Shown in pieces: positions 38,015 to 49,600 of a stretch of 64,000 nt of DNA (position 1 is the first letter of the stretch; each line of letters opens with the position of its first letter). Both the position numbers and the translations under genes were made by a program. Origin of the DNA: Podarcis pityusensis (taxonomy: Eukaryota); assembly GCA_964106645.2 (NCBI GenBank), contig OZ067039.1; one strand, written 5' to 3'. The notes beneath the pieces were generated by a model. It did not search any database, had not been told where the DNA came from, and was given only the letters and a program-made list of their open reading frames with translations.

Positions 38015-40104
38015 TGTTGTGCGATGTGTGCAGCGAGCATTGCTAGGAACACCGTGTGTGCTCTGTCTTCTGCTCGTTTGCAGACGTGTGCTGTCAATTC
38101 CCATGGGCTATCTCTGAGCGGTCTCACTGTTCACACATTCCCAGTGCAGGTGCTTGGGAACTTTCCCTTGTGTGTCAACAAGTAGGCCTCATTGCCATGG
38201 TGATGCCAACTGAACTGGCTCTCCATGTCTGTCTTGCTGGTTTCTTTTCTCTCTGCTGGGCTGAGGTTGACTCAGCTGGCACTTGCTCCTCCCTGACACT
38301 CCTGGGTGGAGTTTGGATCGGACTTATTTTGTGCCAGCTTAATTTTCACTTATGCTGGTTTCCCATGTTTAGGATTGCTCAGCCTGGCACCTTCCTACAA
38401 GTCCTGGAATTGGAACTGCTGATACAGAATGCCTCGTGTTGAGCATCTTCTGTAACTGATGATTGTAACAAATACATTTCTTCTGTGATTCAAGTTCATT
38501 TGTGATTATAACTCTCCAATAATGAAATCTTTCTAGCTTTGATGACTTTCTTTATCACAATTTGGGGACAAATAAACAAAAAGTGTGCACAAGCAGCAGT
38601 ATGAATTTTACTGGAGAAATTACTAGAAATTCCAAACACAATTAAGGAAGAATTAAGGTGCCATTAACCAACTGCACAGAGTAATTCTGGACTAGGAAAA
38701 ATTACCGACTGAGATACAGTACTTTGAAAACACAGCCCATAAAAGGGATTGAAATTTTCTACAGATGACATTTATTCTATTGACCTTTCTGGTACCCTGA
38801 AATACTGTATTTTATCATTCTTGCACTGAAAGTTCAAAAATGTCCTTTTTAAAAAATGTCTGTATTGTTTATGATGGCTAATTGCTAATCTAGGAGACTT
38901 TGGGAAAATGTTTAAAACTATTTCAGGCTTCCCCCAACCTGAAGTCATTTCTGGTCAGCATACCTCAACAAAGATGAGAATTTGGGACTCTGTGTGACAA
39001 AGTAGGAAGCCATAATGGCTTAAGGGTTTTTATGACAGTCCCAGCATTTTCAGAGCAGTTGGCGATTATGTGACTGTATGCCAGGAAGACCACAAGAAGA
39101 TTGTTTTAGCTTCTCAGGAGGTTCTTATTCAACTTTCTTATTTAAGCAGCATTCTTCTCTCATAAGAATGGGTGGCATAAAGCACATTCACAGTACATAC
39201 TTTCCCACAAAGAATTCTGGGCAGTGCAGTTTACCCCTCAAAGAGTTACAGTTCCCAGCAACCCTTAACAAACCACAGTGCCCAGAATTCTTTGAGGGGA
39301 AACTGTGCTTGAAAAGGATAGTCAATATGTAGCCAGTCCTGTCAATCCTCATACCCATCTGCTCTTATGAGCTTTTTCTCCCAGATTCCATTTTCTCAGA
39401 CTTCAATCATACCATACACCCCATCAGACTCCTGATGCTCAGTGCCCTACCATTCCTCAGGCACCCTGAGTTCAACTCCTTTCCTCTTAGCATTTCTATC
39501 TCCTGCGACTTCCTTCCACTCTGCTGTCCAGTTCTCTTAATGCCTTATTCTGAACCTATGGCATCCCTATCCCTGTGCGGTTTCCCCCACCCATTTTTCT
39601 TTACACTCCATTCACCAAAGTTGGCCTGCTTGCAAATATTACTTTATCTACACTTCTGACCTACTCCTCTTTAGGGATCTTCAGAAGCATGCCAAGAGAA
39701 ACAGTAGTTATAGTTGCCATTACTAATCTAACCCTAATTCCCATATTAAATGATCCTGGTCTTTCAATTTACTTAGCATATAAAGTCTACAACCATTGCT
39801 GTAGGGAGGGGGAAAGGGCGCTAGAGGAAGACGGCAAGGCACAAAGAATTGAATAAACCCACAACAAAACTGTTCTGCTGCAGCGTTAAAAGAAAGAGAA
39901 GATATTTGGTGGGGGGGGGGGGAGGACGGCAGAAGAAACAGATGTGCCTGCCAGAAGTTAAATACACATCTGTTAAAGATGCTCTTCTCATATGCAGGGT
40001 CAGAAAAATATGTACAAATGTAGCACCTCACTGATTGACAGAGAATCCTCAGTTCTGGCATTGTGAATCTTGTTTTCTTGACAGCACTTTGTTTTAAGGC
40101 TAGA

Positions 40105-40276
40105 NNNNNNNNNNNNNNNNNNNNNNNNNNNNNNNNNNNNNNNNNNNNNNNNNNNNNNNNNNNNNNNNNNNNNNNNNNNNNNNNNNNNNNNNNNNNNNNN
40201 NNNNNNNNNNNNNNNNNNNNNNNNNNNNNNNNNNNNNNNNNNNNNNNNNNNNNNNNNNNNNNNNNNNNNNNNNNNN
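40105..40276. other. Assembly gap (N run)
   Basis: Run of N. Confidence 1.
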
Positions 40277-40500
40277 GGAGCTGACAAGCATTACCCTTTA
40301 CATTTACAATTCTGTTAGCATGCATTGTCAGGTGGGCTCACCATTCCACCGACATATGATTTCCTTTGAAACCCATGTATGACTTTAATTTAATACAGCA
40401 GTCTACCCCAAAAAGGAACCTTATTAAGATTTCCTTTTCCATTTATCTTTCACTTCTCTTCCCCCCCTCTTTTATGTGTTTCTCTTCCCTCCACCCCCTT

Positions 40501-40504
<4 letters not shown>

Positions 40505-40540
<36 letters not shown>
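40505..40540. repeat. (CT)n microsatellite
   Basis: Direct reading. Confidence 0.95.
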
Positions 40541-40543
<3 letters not shown>

Positions 40544-41279
40544 AAAAAACAATGTTCCTGGTAAGAGATACAAGGAGAAAAAGAAAGAGGAGTCCTTGCA
40601 CACAACTAACTCCCTGTCTTGGAACATGGAAAAGAGCACCTGAGTTGTGGCACGATGTGGAATTGATTTTAGTCTCTTTGCTATTATTATGCTATATCTA
40701 TATAGGGAACCACCCTCTCTCTATAAGTATGTGTGTGAGGGGTGTAATTGCAAAATGTGCAATACTAATATTATATACATTATCTCATCATAACCCATAA
40801 CAAGTAAAACATGTACGTTGCTTTAATACCTGAGGTTAGCGTAGGATGTTACCAGGAAGAGTTGAAATATTTAAGCCTAAGAAGCATCAGGTTTACATTA
40901 CCGGATTATGTTACTATATTTGTGTTACATAAATATATGAAAATCGTCATTTAAAAAATTATTTCGTTTTCCACAAACAGATAGGTACATATTCGTATTT
41001 GTAACAAAACAAAACACAAATAACAATTATAGAAGGGGGGGGGAGAACAATCCTGATAATCTTGTCAGGGAAACCCTGCTGCCATAAATGAAAACAATTG
41101 TTCTTTTGAAGATTTTGAAGATTTTATTACAGGAGGTTCAGGATCCAAATTTGATCATCAGTTTTCAGTGCTGGCAGACAGATAAGCATCACGTATTTCA
41201 AATGCTGGCATACTTACTAGCAGCATTCACGGCAGCGCATCCTGTTTTGCCTCTTGAGGCAAATCCAAAAGTTCTGTCT

Positions 41280-41540
41280 TGCCCTGCTGCTGCTACCACC
41301 ACTGCCAGAGAAGCAGTGCTGCCATTGGTGCCGATTTTGGGCAAGTTCGTGCTGATTTGGGGTGAGATCTCACACCAAATGGATGTGATCATGCCCCAAA
41401 TTAGTGCCTGTCGTGACACTACTTCTCTGCCACTGGCAGAGGTGGTGGGGGAGGTGGGGCACCTACAGGTCTGCTACCTGGTGGGCATTTGCTGCCAGAG
41501 GCAATAGCCTCACCCTGCCTTGTGGCTAGGCCGGCTCTGG
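41280..41540. mobile_element. Fold-back MITE remnant
   Basis: ccaccactgccagagaagcagtg...gctgatttgggg pairs with ccccaaattagt...cactacttctctg...ggcagaggtggtgg; ends in ggccggctctg (hAT-like terminus). Confidence 0.55.
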
Positions 41541-41639
41541 CATCATTTATACAAAAAGAAAGAAAGCCCTTTGCTACACCTTTTAAAAAATAATCTTTCT
41601 AGGTTTGCCCCTTACCCAGCCATATCTTATAGAGCGTGT

Positions 41640-42449
41640 TCTCCCTCATGGAGAGAATGGGTTGCGGTTGGGGATGACAAGACACCTCACTGTTGCTGGA
41701 CAAAAGAGTTTGGCTATCTTTAAGAAGGGGCGGGCTGTTACTGGGGAGATTTATATATTGCCATTTATTGATTGACAGCCCTATTTGTTAAATACAATGC
41801 ACGCAGCGACGAACTTCCATTTTTCGCTGCGTGCTTCGGATCACCCACCCTCCCTTCCCTAATTTTAGGCTGTTTGCTTGACCTTGCTATGCCTGTCATG
41901 GGGTCGTCTGCTTTGGGGCAGGGGCCCGGTAGGAATTTTGTCCATTTGGCTGATTAGTGTGTGCCATTTGGTTTTTGCCTACTGTGTAGCAAATCGTTAC
42001 AACTTGTAAGGTTGCGGTTAGGCATTGGTCTGGGAATTGGTTGGTGGAGGAGTATGGATTTGGCTGTGCCTACCCCTCCAAAATGCTGCTGCTGCTTCAA
42101 GGGTTTTCCGTTAAAGGAACCCAGGGGCTCCCCCATGCTTTTGTCTGAAACCCCCTGGCAAGGGGCTAGGGCCACGGAAGCCCCTGGGAGCATTCTGGGG
42201 AGAGGTGAGGCATGATTCCCAGTCCCGTCTCTCTCCTCAGGTGACTTACGCTTTCTGACTTCACGGGGGGTGCGAATGTCAGAGCTGTCCCCATGCGGGG
42301 TCAGTTAGTGCTACCAATGCCTAAGCAACCACTCCCATTGCTGTAATTTGAATAAAGTTGTGGCCAAAATTATGCCAAAAACCTTAAACAAAACCTAAGT
42401 GTCAATTGTGTTTTTCTTTGGGGGGTGTCTTGGGGACCTTGACGCGCAA
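41640..42449 (+). mobile_element. ORF-less terminal-repeat remnant, DIRS/Ngaro-like by inference; distant relative of 11922-12720
   Basis: aataaagttgtggcc at 42351-42365; terminus ...cgcgcaa; collinear shared motifs ccttgctatg, taggcattgg, ggggctagggcca. Left boundary approximate. Confidence 0.6.
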
Positions 42450-42579
42450 ATTCTAATCCTTAGAAACCACACATTGTTGTAGAAAGCCCTCTTTCTCCAC
42501 AAGTTCTGATTCCTGGGTTATAAAACCAGGTTATTCCTAGGCCTGGTAGACAAAAGCAGATGAAACAGTATATGCACAT

Positions 42580-42960
42580 GCCCAGGCCTGTCTCTATTTT
42601 CAGTCAAGAGGTTCTCTCTTTCCACAAGTTACTGAGCTGTTAGGCTGCAAGAAAGTAATTGGCCCAAGATCACCCAGTAAGCTCCAGTACTGAGGGGAGT
42701 GGTCTTCCAGGTCTTAGTCCCATGGTTTCCAATATGGGGCACATGCCCCACAGGGGGGCAATTTGATTTTTAAGGGGGGTAATTCAAGAATGAGTTATGA
42801 ACAGTGAATGACCTTTTAGGCTTCCTCCACGTGAACAGGAGTTCACTTTTTGAATAATAAGAATTATATGCCACGGGGGGGGGGGGCGGGTATCAGGATT
42901 TTAGATTTACTTAGGTGGGGCATGGCCAAGAAAACACTCTAACCAGTGCACCACACTATT
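42580..42960 (-). mobile_element. Squam3-like SINE interrupted by a hAT-like MITE (about 42720-42934)
   Basis: ttggcccaagatcacccagtaagct...gtcttagtc[insert]cactctaaccagtgcaccacact. Confidence 0.6.
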
Positions 42961-43349
42961 ACTTATATCCTGCTTTTCTTCCAGTGAATTCAAGAGTGGC
43001 TTTTGTTCAATACCTCTTCAGGCATTTTGTTTACGTGTTTCACAAAGCGGGCAGCAAGGAGGAGTGACCTAGCTCTGTCTGTCATATTGCAGCTCATGGG
43101 AGGCAATGTCAGCAGTAGGGAGCATTTCCCCACACATTTTAGAACTCTGGAGAATAAGAGCTCTGAAACATGCATGGAACCTCCATGGATGCAAATGGCT
43201 CTCCACTACAGATGGTTGACTTCCACAGCTGGAATGTGGCAGGGCCAGTAACAGGGGGTGGGGCCAGTGCAGTCACCCCCCTTGCCCCTTTCCTGATTAA
43301 TTTACACTTAAGTGGAATGCCTTGAAGAGGGCTACTGTTTCTTTTATTC

Positions 43350-43712
43350 CTTTCTTTTAATTATTTGTTGCATTTATATCCCATGTCCTCCTCCAAGGAG
43401 CTCAAGATGATGTACATGGTCCCTCCTCCTCCTCCTCATTTAATCCCCCACAACAACCCTGTGAGGTACAGGAGTGCCAGCTTGGCCCTTTGACCATGGG
43501 TGCCCGGGATCGTGGGTGCCATGCAGTGTTCATGGCCACGACAACAAATTTTGTGGGTGCTTGGGCACCTTGGGGCTTGGGGAGTTGGCACCTATGACAA
43601 CGTAGTTTAGGCTAAGAGACAGTGACTGGTTCAAGCTTCTTGGCCAAGTGCAGATTCTGAAGCCTGATATCCCAGAACATAGTCTGACATTTTAACCACT
43701 ATACAACACTGC
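43350..43712 (-). mobile_element. Squam3-like SINE interrupted by a small MITE (about 43469-43596)
   Basis: cacaacaaccctgtgaggta[caggagtgccagct...agttggcacctatg]...taggctaagagacagtgactgg...ttaaccactatacaacactg. Confidence 0.7.
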
Positions 43713-46552
43713 CCCCAAGGTTGTCTCCAAGCCATGAATTTTAGCAGCGGAATTGCTTCAAGTGCCTTTGGACTATCAGCAAAGATGTTGGTTATGATCT
43801 ATCACATCAATTATATCTTTGCACTACATTTGTAGAAGTCACGCACGGTCTCCATAATTTGACACCCACCAAGAACAGTTCAACTGTGACATCTTTGTTT
43901 TCAGCTTGGTTAAATCCTGAAAGTTGCTCAAATAGACCCCATTTGCTCTTTGGTACTGTTCACATTAGATATTATAGTCACAGCACGCCTAGTAAGTTAG
44001 TAGGCAAAGCAAGCAAATAACAAGGTGAACCAGCAGAACGGCTTTGTCCAAAGCCGTAGAGGAGGTCAGGAGCAGTACTGAAAATAGACCCCTACATCAC
44101 TGGACCCCTAGTCCAGCAGTCTAGACAGCGTGATATAACATTCAAGTGGCACTGAAGGAGCAGCATGCACATAACCCTTCTGATGTTATTATTGATTTAT
44201 TGGTTAAACTTGTTTTTTACAAGGCACAGGGAAAGTTGCATCCCCAAGGAGCCTGCAAATGACACAGTGAGGTCTAAATCCTGCTTCTTTTGAAAAGCAG
44301 GGAGATTGTCCAGTTGATTCTAAGAACTACTTTTAATCAAATTAATCAAATTAGCCTGCTTGGTGTCTCAGAAGCACAACTACAAAGAGGAAAGCAAAGG
44401 CTTCAAACATCAGAAGAAAAAACAACAACAGGAAAGTGTGCAGTGCATCGTGTTTTTGCTTTGTTATACTTTTGGTATAATGTCAGTTGGAGTTGGGATG
44501 ATAAATCCGTTCATGTATGGAAATCTTGGTCATTTCCATTTTGTTAGCTCCCTCCTGAACAATAACAGTGGAAGGATAAAAAGTGGGATTGCAAGTCACT
44601 CTGCTTATCAGCCCTTTAATGCTCAGAGGCCAGAGCCATTCTCAAAGACCCAAATGAAAGGATTTGTTAGATAACCCCAAGAACACTACCAATAATGAAG
44701 ATGAAAAGTTCTCCTTTGAAGACATTATGGCCAGTATGACCAGCTGCATTATCTCAAGACACCTATTCCATGTGTACAGCCATGTTAATTAGGGTGCCGT
44801 CTGTAGCTTAAGAGTATGTAGGGCCAAAAGGTGGATACATGCAAGATCAGCTGATGCCAACTGAAAGTGATCAAGCGAGAATACAAATATTCTGACTTAT
44901 CTCAAAATTAGGATGCAATTTATCCTATGCTCTGTCTTTTCTCAAGTGGCCATGATATCTAGTGGCCCAGGAACCCCCAAATTTCTGAACACTTAATAAC
45001 TTTTTTCTTATTAAAATACCAGATTTATCTATGGCTGATCTGCAGCCATTAGTTCTTGGACCCACCATCAAAACTTTTATGTAAATATTCCTCTTTATCT
45101 ATCTTATTCCTCTCTCACCTCTTTAATGTATTGGAAGCAATTATAGTCTTCTTCCTCAGCTTCTTTTTTTCCTAAGCTAAACAGGACATATTCGCCATAT
45201 TATTGCTATTTTTTTTAAAAAAAATTGCAATTAATGGATTGTTCATTCCTCTTTGAATGCAGGTGGCTGGAATTGGATATGCTTTATTCCCATTGAGGAC
45301 ATTTTTACAATAGCCTTGGAGCTTCTTTATTTGCAGATGCTCATGGGGTAGCGCATCTTATGGCCAGCTACAAAACTAAGATCCTTTTTATACAATGACT
45401 AGTCATATGTATATTAGTCTACTGTAGTACAATTAATTCCATCCCTATCATAGCCATCCATAAATTTGTTCCCTTCAATCTGCATCTTTATTCATCCTTC
45501 AGTGCTTTAACTAAACCTCCCAGTTCACATCAGTTGCTTTCATAATTATATGTTTCCACTTCTTCTTTTTCAACCCTTTAACAATTGCTCATGTATATCT
45601 AACATTGAACCCTATGAGAACTTGCACTGAGATTGTGTAGGATTTGTTGCAAGGACCACAGTTCTGGCCTAAGGGGATAAAATACTTTGGCAACACACCA
45701 GTTCTACTGCCTGGCTTTAATATGATACCAATGCTGCACGCACATACTTCTGCAGCATAGCTCTGCCACACACAGGCCACTGCACTACTCTTGGGGAATG
45801 AAGCTGAATGGGCTGTCTTCCAGCAACCTTGTTGAACACTGTCTGGGTTTTCTTCACCCATTCATGGCATACAGGTCACTGCAGAACATGAAAGCAGACA
45901 GGTACCCCATGACATTTCAAGAGGAAGGCTTCAAGTCACTAATTAAAGGGGTTCTGAGAGGTAGATGGAACAAATCTCTTATGTAAGATCATGAAAGAAC
46001 ATTTGCTAGATAATACTTACACTGTTGCCTGATCTCATGCTGCTAGCTGTCTCAAATTTATCCCCATGGCCCATTAAAAAAGAATCAAAAGGTAAAAGTC
46101 AATGGGATCAATTGTTTTATATGTTCAAGGAAGATAAATCAAGAACGTGGGAGGTGGTGTTCATGACCCATCCTGTGTGCTCAGAGTTATTCTACCCTCT
46201 GAAATGCCATGATAAATCTGTAGGATTAGAGGGGTTGTGTTTGGAAAGAGTTAGGGAATGCCCAATAGTTACCCATCACAGATTGCTTAACAAGAGCAAA
46301 GCTTTGGCTGTAGGTCTTAGTTCAGGGAATTATGTCATTCGTGTTCACAGAATGGAGTGCTTACATTACAGATTCTAAATTAAAGCTGGTGGTTGGAAAT
46401 TAAAAGCAGAGAGGACAGATGTGCCTAGAGAAGAAATTTATATTCACATCCTTTGAAACAGCTAATTGTTCTGCCAGGACTTGAAATCAGTTTTTCCTGT
46501 GTAGGCCCCTGTTGCACCACACCTCCTTAAACCACAGTGAATGATGTGAATT

Positions 46553-46629
46553 AAAAAGTTACTAGGTATTTCCTTCTTTTTCTGTGTCCCAAAAAAGTTA
46601 CTAGGTATTTCCTTCTTTTTCTATGTCCC
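46553..46629. repeat. ~38-bp tandem duplication
   Basis: aaaaagttactaggtatttccttctttttct(g/a)tgtccc twice. Confidence 0.92.
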
Positions 46630-49600
46630 CCCCCCCCAAAAAAAAAGTTTCATGAATATCATTTCCAGGCAGCCAAACTGGAATACAGCAATACAGAGAA
46701 AACAAGATTCCCTCCAGGTTAAGGATCCCATTTCCAGCTCTGGGTCCCATCCATTTATTGATGCAGATAGGACTCTTCATTCATATACACTGACTCGTGC
46801 TTACAGGAGCCATTTTTCCATGGACAGCACTGGTGATGTCCACAGTCTCTACTTGCATGGGCATCTAGATGTGGACATTACTGTTGTTAGAAGTAACAGA
46901 ATGTCAGAAGTGACAACCTTCCACTCTTGTCATGGTTCATGGTTTATATCTATATGTTGTTACATATGCTTGTTACAAGCTGTTATTTAAAAAATTGGAA
47001 ATAATAAAAAGGAAGTAATGTTATGACACTGTCACACATATTCCGAACTGTGCAATCAATGGAATATGAGACTATAAGCACTGCATTTGTCCGTGAATGT
47101 TCTAGCTCATGACAAGGTGTTGAGTTGGAACTTATACAATTCTTTAGTTATGAGCCTGAACTTCAGGATTGTCACATGGTCAGTTTGCAAATGGATTGCC
47201 ACGTTCTTGGTTTTTTGTTTCTCTGTCCATGACAGGAAAGATTTATTTCCCTTACTCATCTGTTGCGTGAGAAATTCCTCTGTTTTGTTATGAGTATCCG
47301 ATTTTTCATGCATTCACCTTGACTCTGATTCTCTGATGTATCTCCCAGAAAACCACTTATGACACACTAAGCTTATTAACATATTCAAACCACTGCCACA
47401 TTAGCTTACCAGAGAACGATATCTGCACCTAGTGAGAAAAATCCCACCATTGCTACACAGTGAGGTCTATTGCAGACAAGATATTATAAATGGTGACCAA
47501 AGCCAGGGGTAGGCCTAAAGCCAAATTCTATCTGACCTTGAACATTATGTTTTTTCAGCACTCAAGATTTCATTTTTTTTAAAAAAGAGAAACAATACTA
47601 TTTTTTCCTTCAAAAGCCCAACCAAGACTTGACACACAAAACTTTATGGTCCCCTGAAAGCAACAAAAAATCAAGCACTTAAAATGCTTTTTAGAAAATA
47701 TCACAAGACAAACCACACACATTATAGTATAACATAACTAAATGTATAGCAAAGAAATGTACACTCAAAACCCTTACAGTGAGCTATAAACCACTTTGAG
47801 TTTCTCCCCATCAAGTGCTATATAAATTTTATGAAATAAATTACTTAACAACATACTGATCAGTTTCTTGCAAATGACATACCCATGCTTTTCCATTTCC
47901 AATGCTGAGTCAGAGTTCCAGAGTAGGGCTGTCATCCCGGAAGCCATCTTGTTCTCATGCCAATGGAGGTTCTGCACAGGCAGCTTACCTAGTTATCTTC
48001 CCTTGCACAGTTATTTCCTTGACCCTAACAGCAGAATGTCTGAAAAGTACCATACAGAGCCATTGAAATATATGGCTGAGGTGCCATATATCCATACTTT
48101 TGATATTTTGTTCCTCAAGGCCCAACCTGTTGGTCTGGATTAGGGTGCTTTGTAGGGAAAGCTTCCTGGAAACATGGGACTGCCTGTTTCTTCTCACAGT
48201 TTCAGCTACTCCATTTCTCTCTTTCCGTTTTCCTGCAAGCAAGAAGCACAGACCTTACTGAAAGTCCCATCTTGCTTACCCATTGCTACATCATCAATCA
48301 CAAAAGTAGTAAGGGGAGTTCTTGGGTATCTAAATGGAGGTGGGGACAGGTCAACCGAAAACATATATAAAAGCAGGGGCTGTATCACCCTGTGGTCTTT
48401 GATTGCATTAGAAATATCTCCAGTTTTATATTGGCTTTGCCTGCTTTTAAATCCACATAAACAGCGGTTAAGCTAGCAACCTTCATTCCACAGCTCGGGG
48501 TACCCCACTGCTTTTCAAGCTATTATTTTAATAAGCCCTATTTTACAATTAAGGAACCATGGGCTTTAAATTACATGTAAAATAAAACATGGAAATTGAA
48601 GCATTAAGTGGGTAGCTGCCTTTGGAGGTTCAGCAGCCGTGCTTTGTATTATATTAAAGCTGCTGCCTGCTATAAAAGTCAGAAGATGGAAAAAAGGCTA
48701 CAGTTTTACAGAACGGAGGAATGTGTACCACATTCACCCACCTTCTCCAGATCCTCTAGGAATGGGCTGCAGCAGTAGGTGTTCCCAGGGCTGCTGACTG
48801 ATCATTACAATTCCTGTGTACATTGATGGGATCTAGCAAGAATCTTTTAAAAAACCTACATGACCCATTGTAGGTGCCTCTCATGTGCCCCCTATTAGTC
48901 CTTTAATAGCTCACGAGGCTGACTGCCTTGGCACCAACTCCTCCACTATCTCATAAAATGCAGCGTTTTAGGTTACAGTCGTTGTCGCTGACGTGGTCTG
49001 TTGTGATATGAGCAGCAGTTCTTTCTCCAGATGGTTGTAAAGGTTAATGAGGAATTTATGCCGTGCTCGATACATATTAAACTGTATCTCTCAGTGGAAG
49101 CATCTACCACGGACATAAATTTACTTCTTGAACATATATAGCTCTATGGGTAACTACGAAGGAATGCCAAGCTGTTACAAAGAACATCACCCAAGTTTGC
49201 TACTTGTGTGCACAAGTACAGAGTTTAAGGCGGGGGGAAACACAGCCTTAGAGCCCTCTGTGGAAGCAGCAAATAGTAATTTCCTTACAACACTATCCTA
49301 TGCATGCTTACACCCAGGTAAACTTTGTATAGGATCGCAGCCTTAATGCTTTTTAAATCAGGCTATCCATTATTTCATTCTGTATGGACTGATCAGACTT
49401 GGAGGAAGAAGCAACAAAAGTGATACAGATGCTCTATTTAAAAACAAACGATTGCAATATTTGCTGAAGACCAGTTTATTCATGGGACAGCAGCCATCGA
49501 GTTGTTACAGCTCACATCTAGCCAATAACAGTTTCATAAATGTTTTTACTTTTAATTATTTAAGAATCTATATCCTGCTTTTTCTTTGCTCAGCATGGTT

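Noticed and set aside
39575-39856. Hydrophobic ORF (LLANITLSTLLTYSS...NLTLIPIL) vaguely like the mitochondrial ND2 N-terminus, suggesting a NUMT
   Set aside because: Spacing does not fit, the HW...W.GLE.N motif is absent, and there are no flanking mt-tRNAs; likely a compositional coincidence.
41088-41507. 139-aa ORF next to the DIRS-like remnant
   Set aside because: It runs through a palindromic MITE and has no gag, RT or tyrosine-recombinase motifs.
47989-48039. 51-nt minus-strand micro-exon candidate (ttttcag...TAG/gtaag; HSAVRVKEITVQGKITR)
   Set aside because: Short polypyrimidine tract, unrecognised peptide and no partner exons; such site pairs arise by chance in 64 kb. Spliced reads would be needed.
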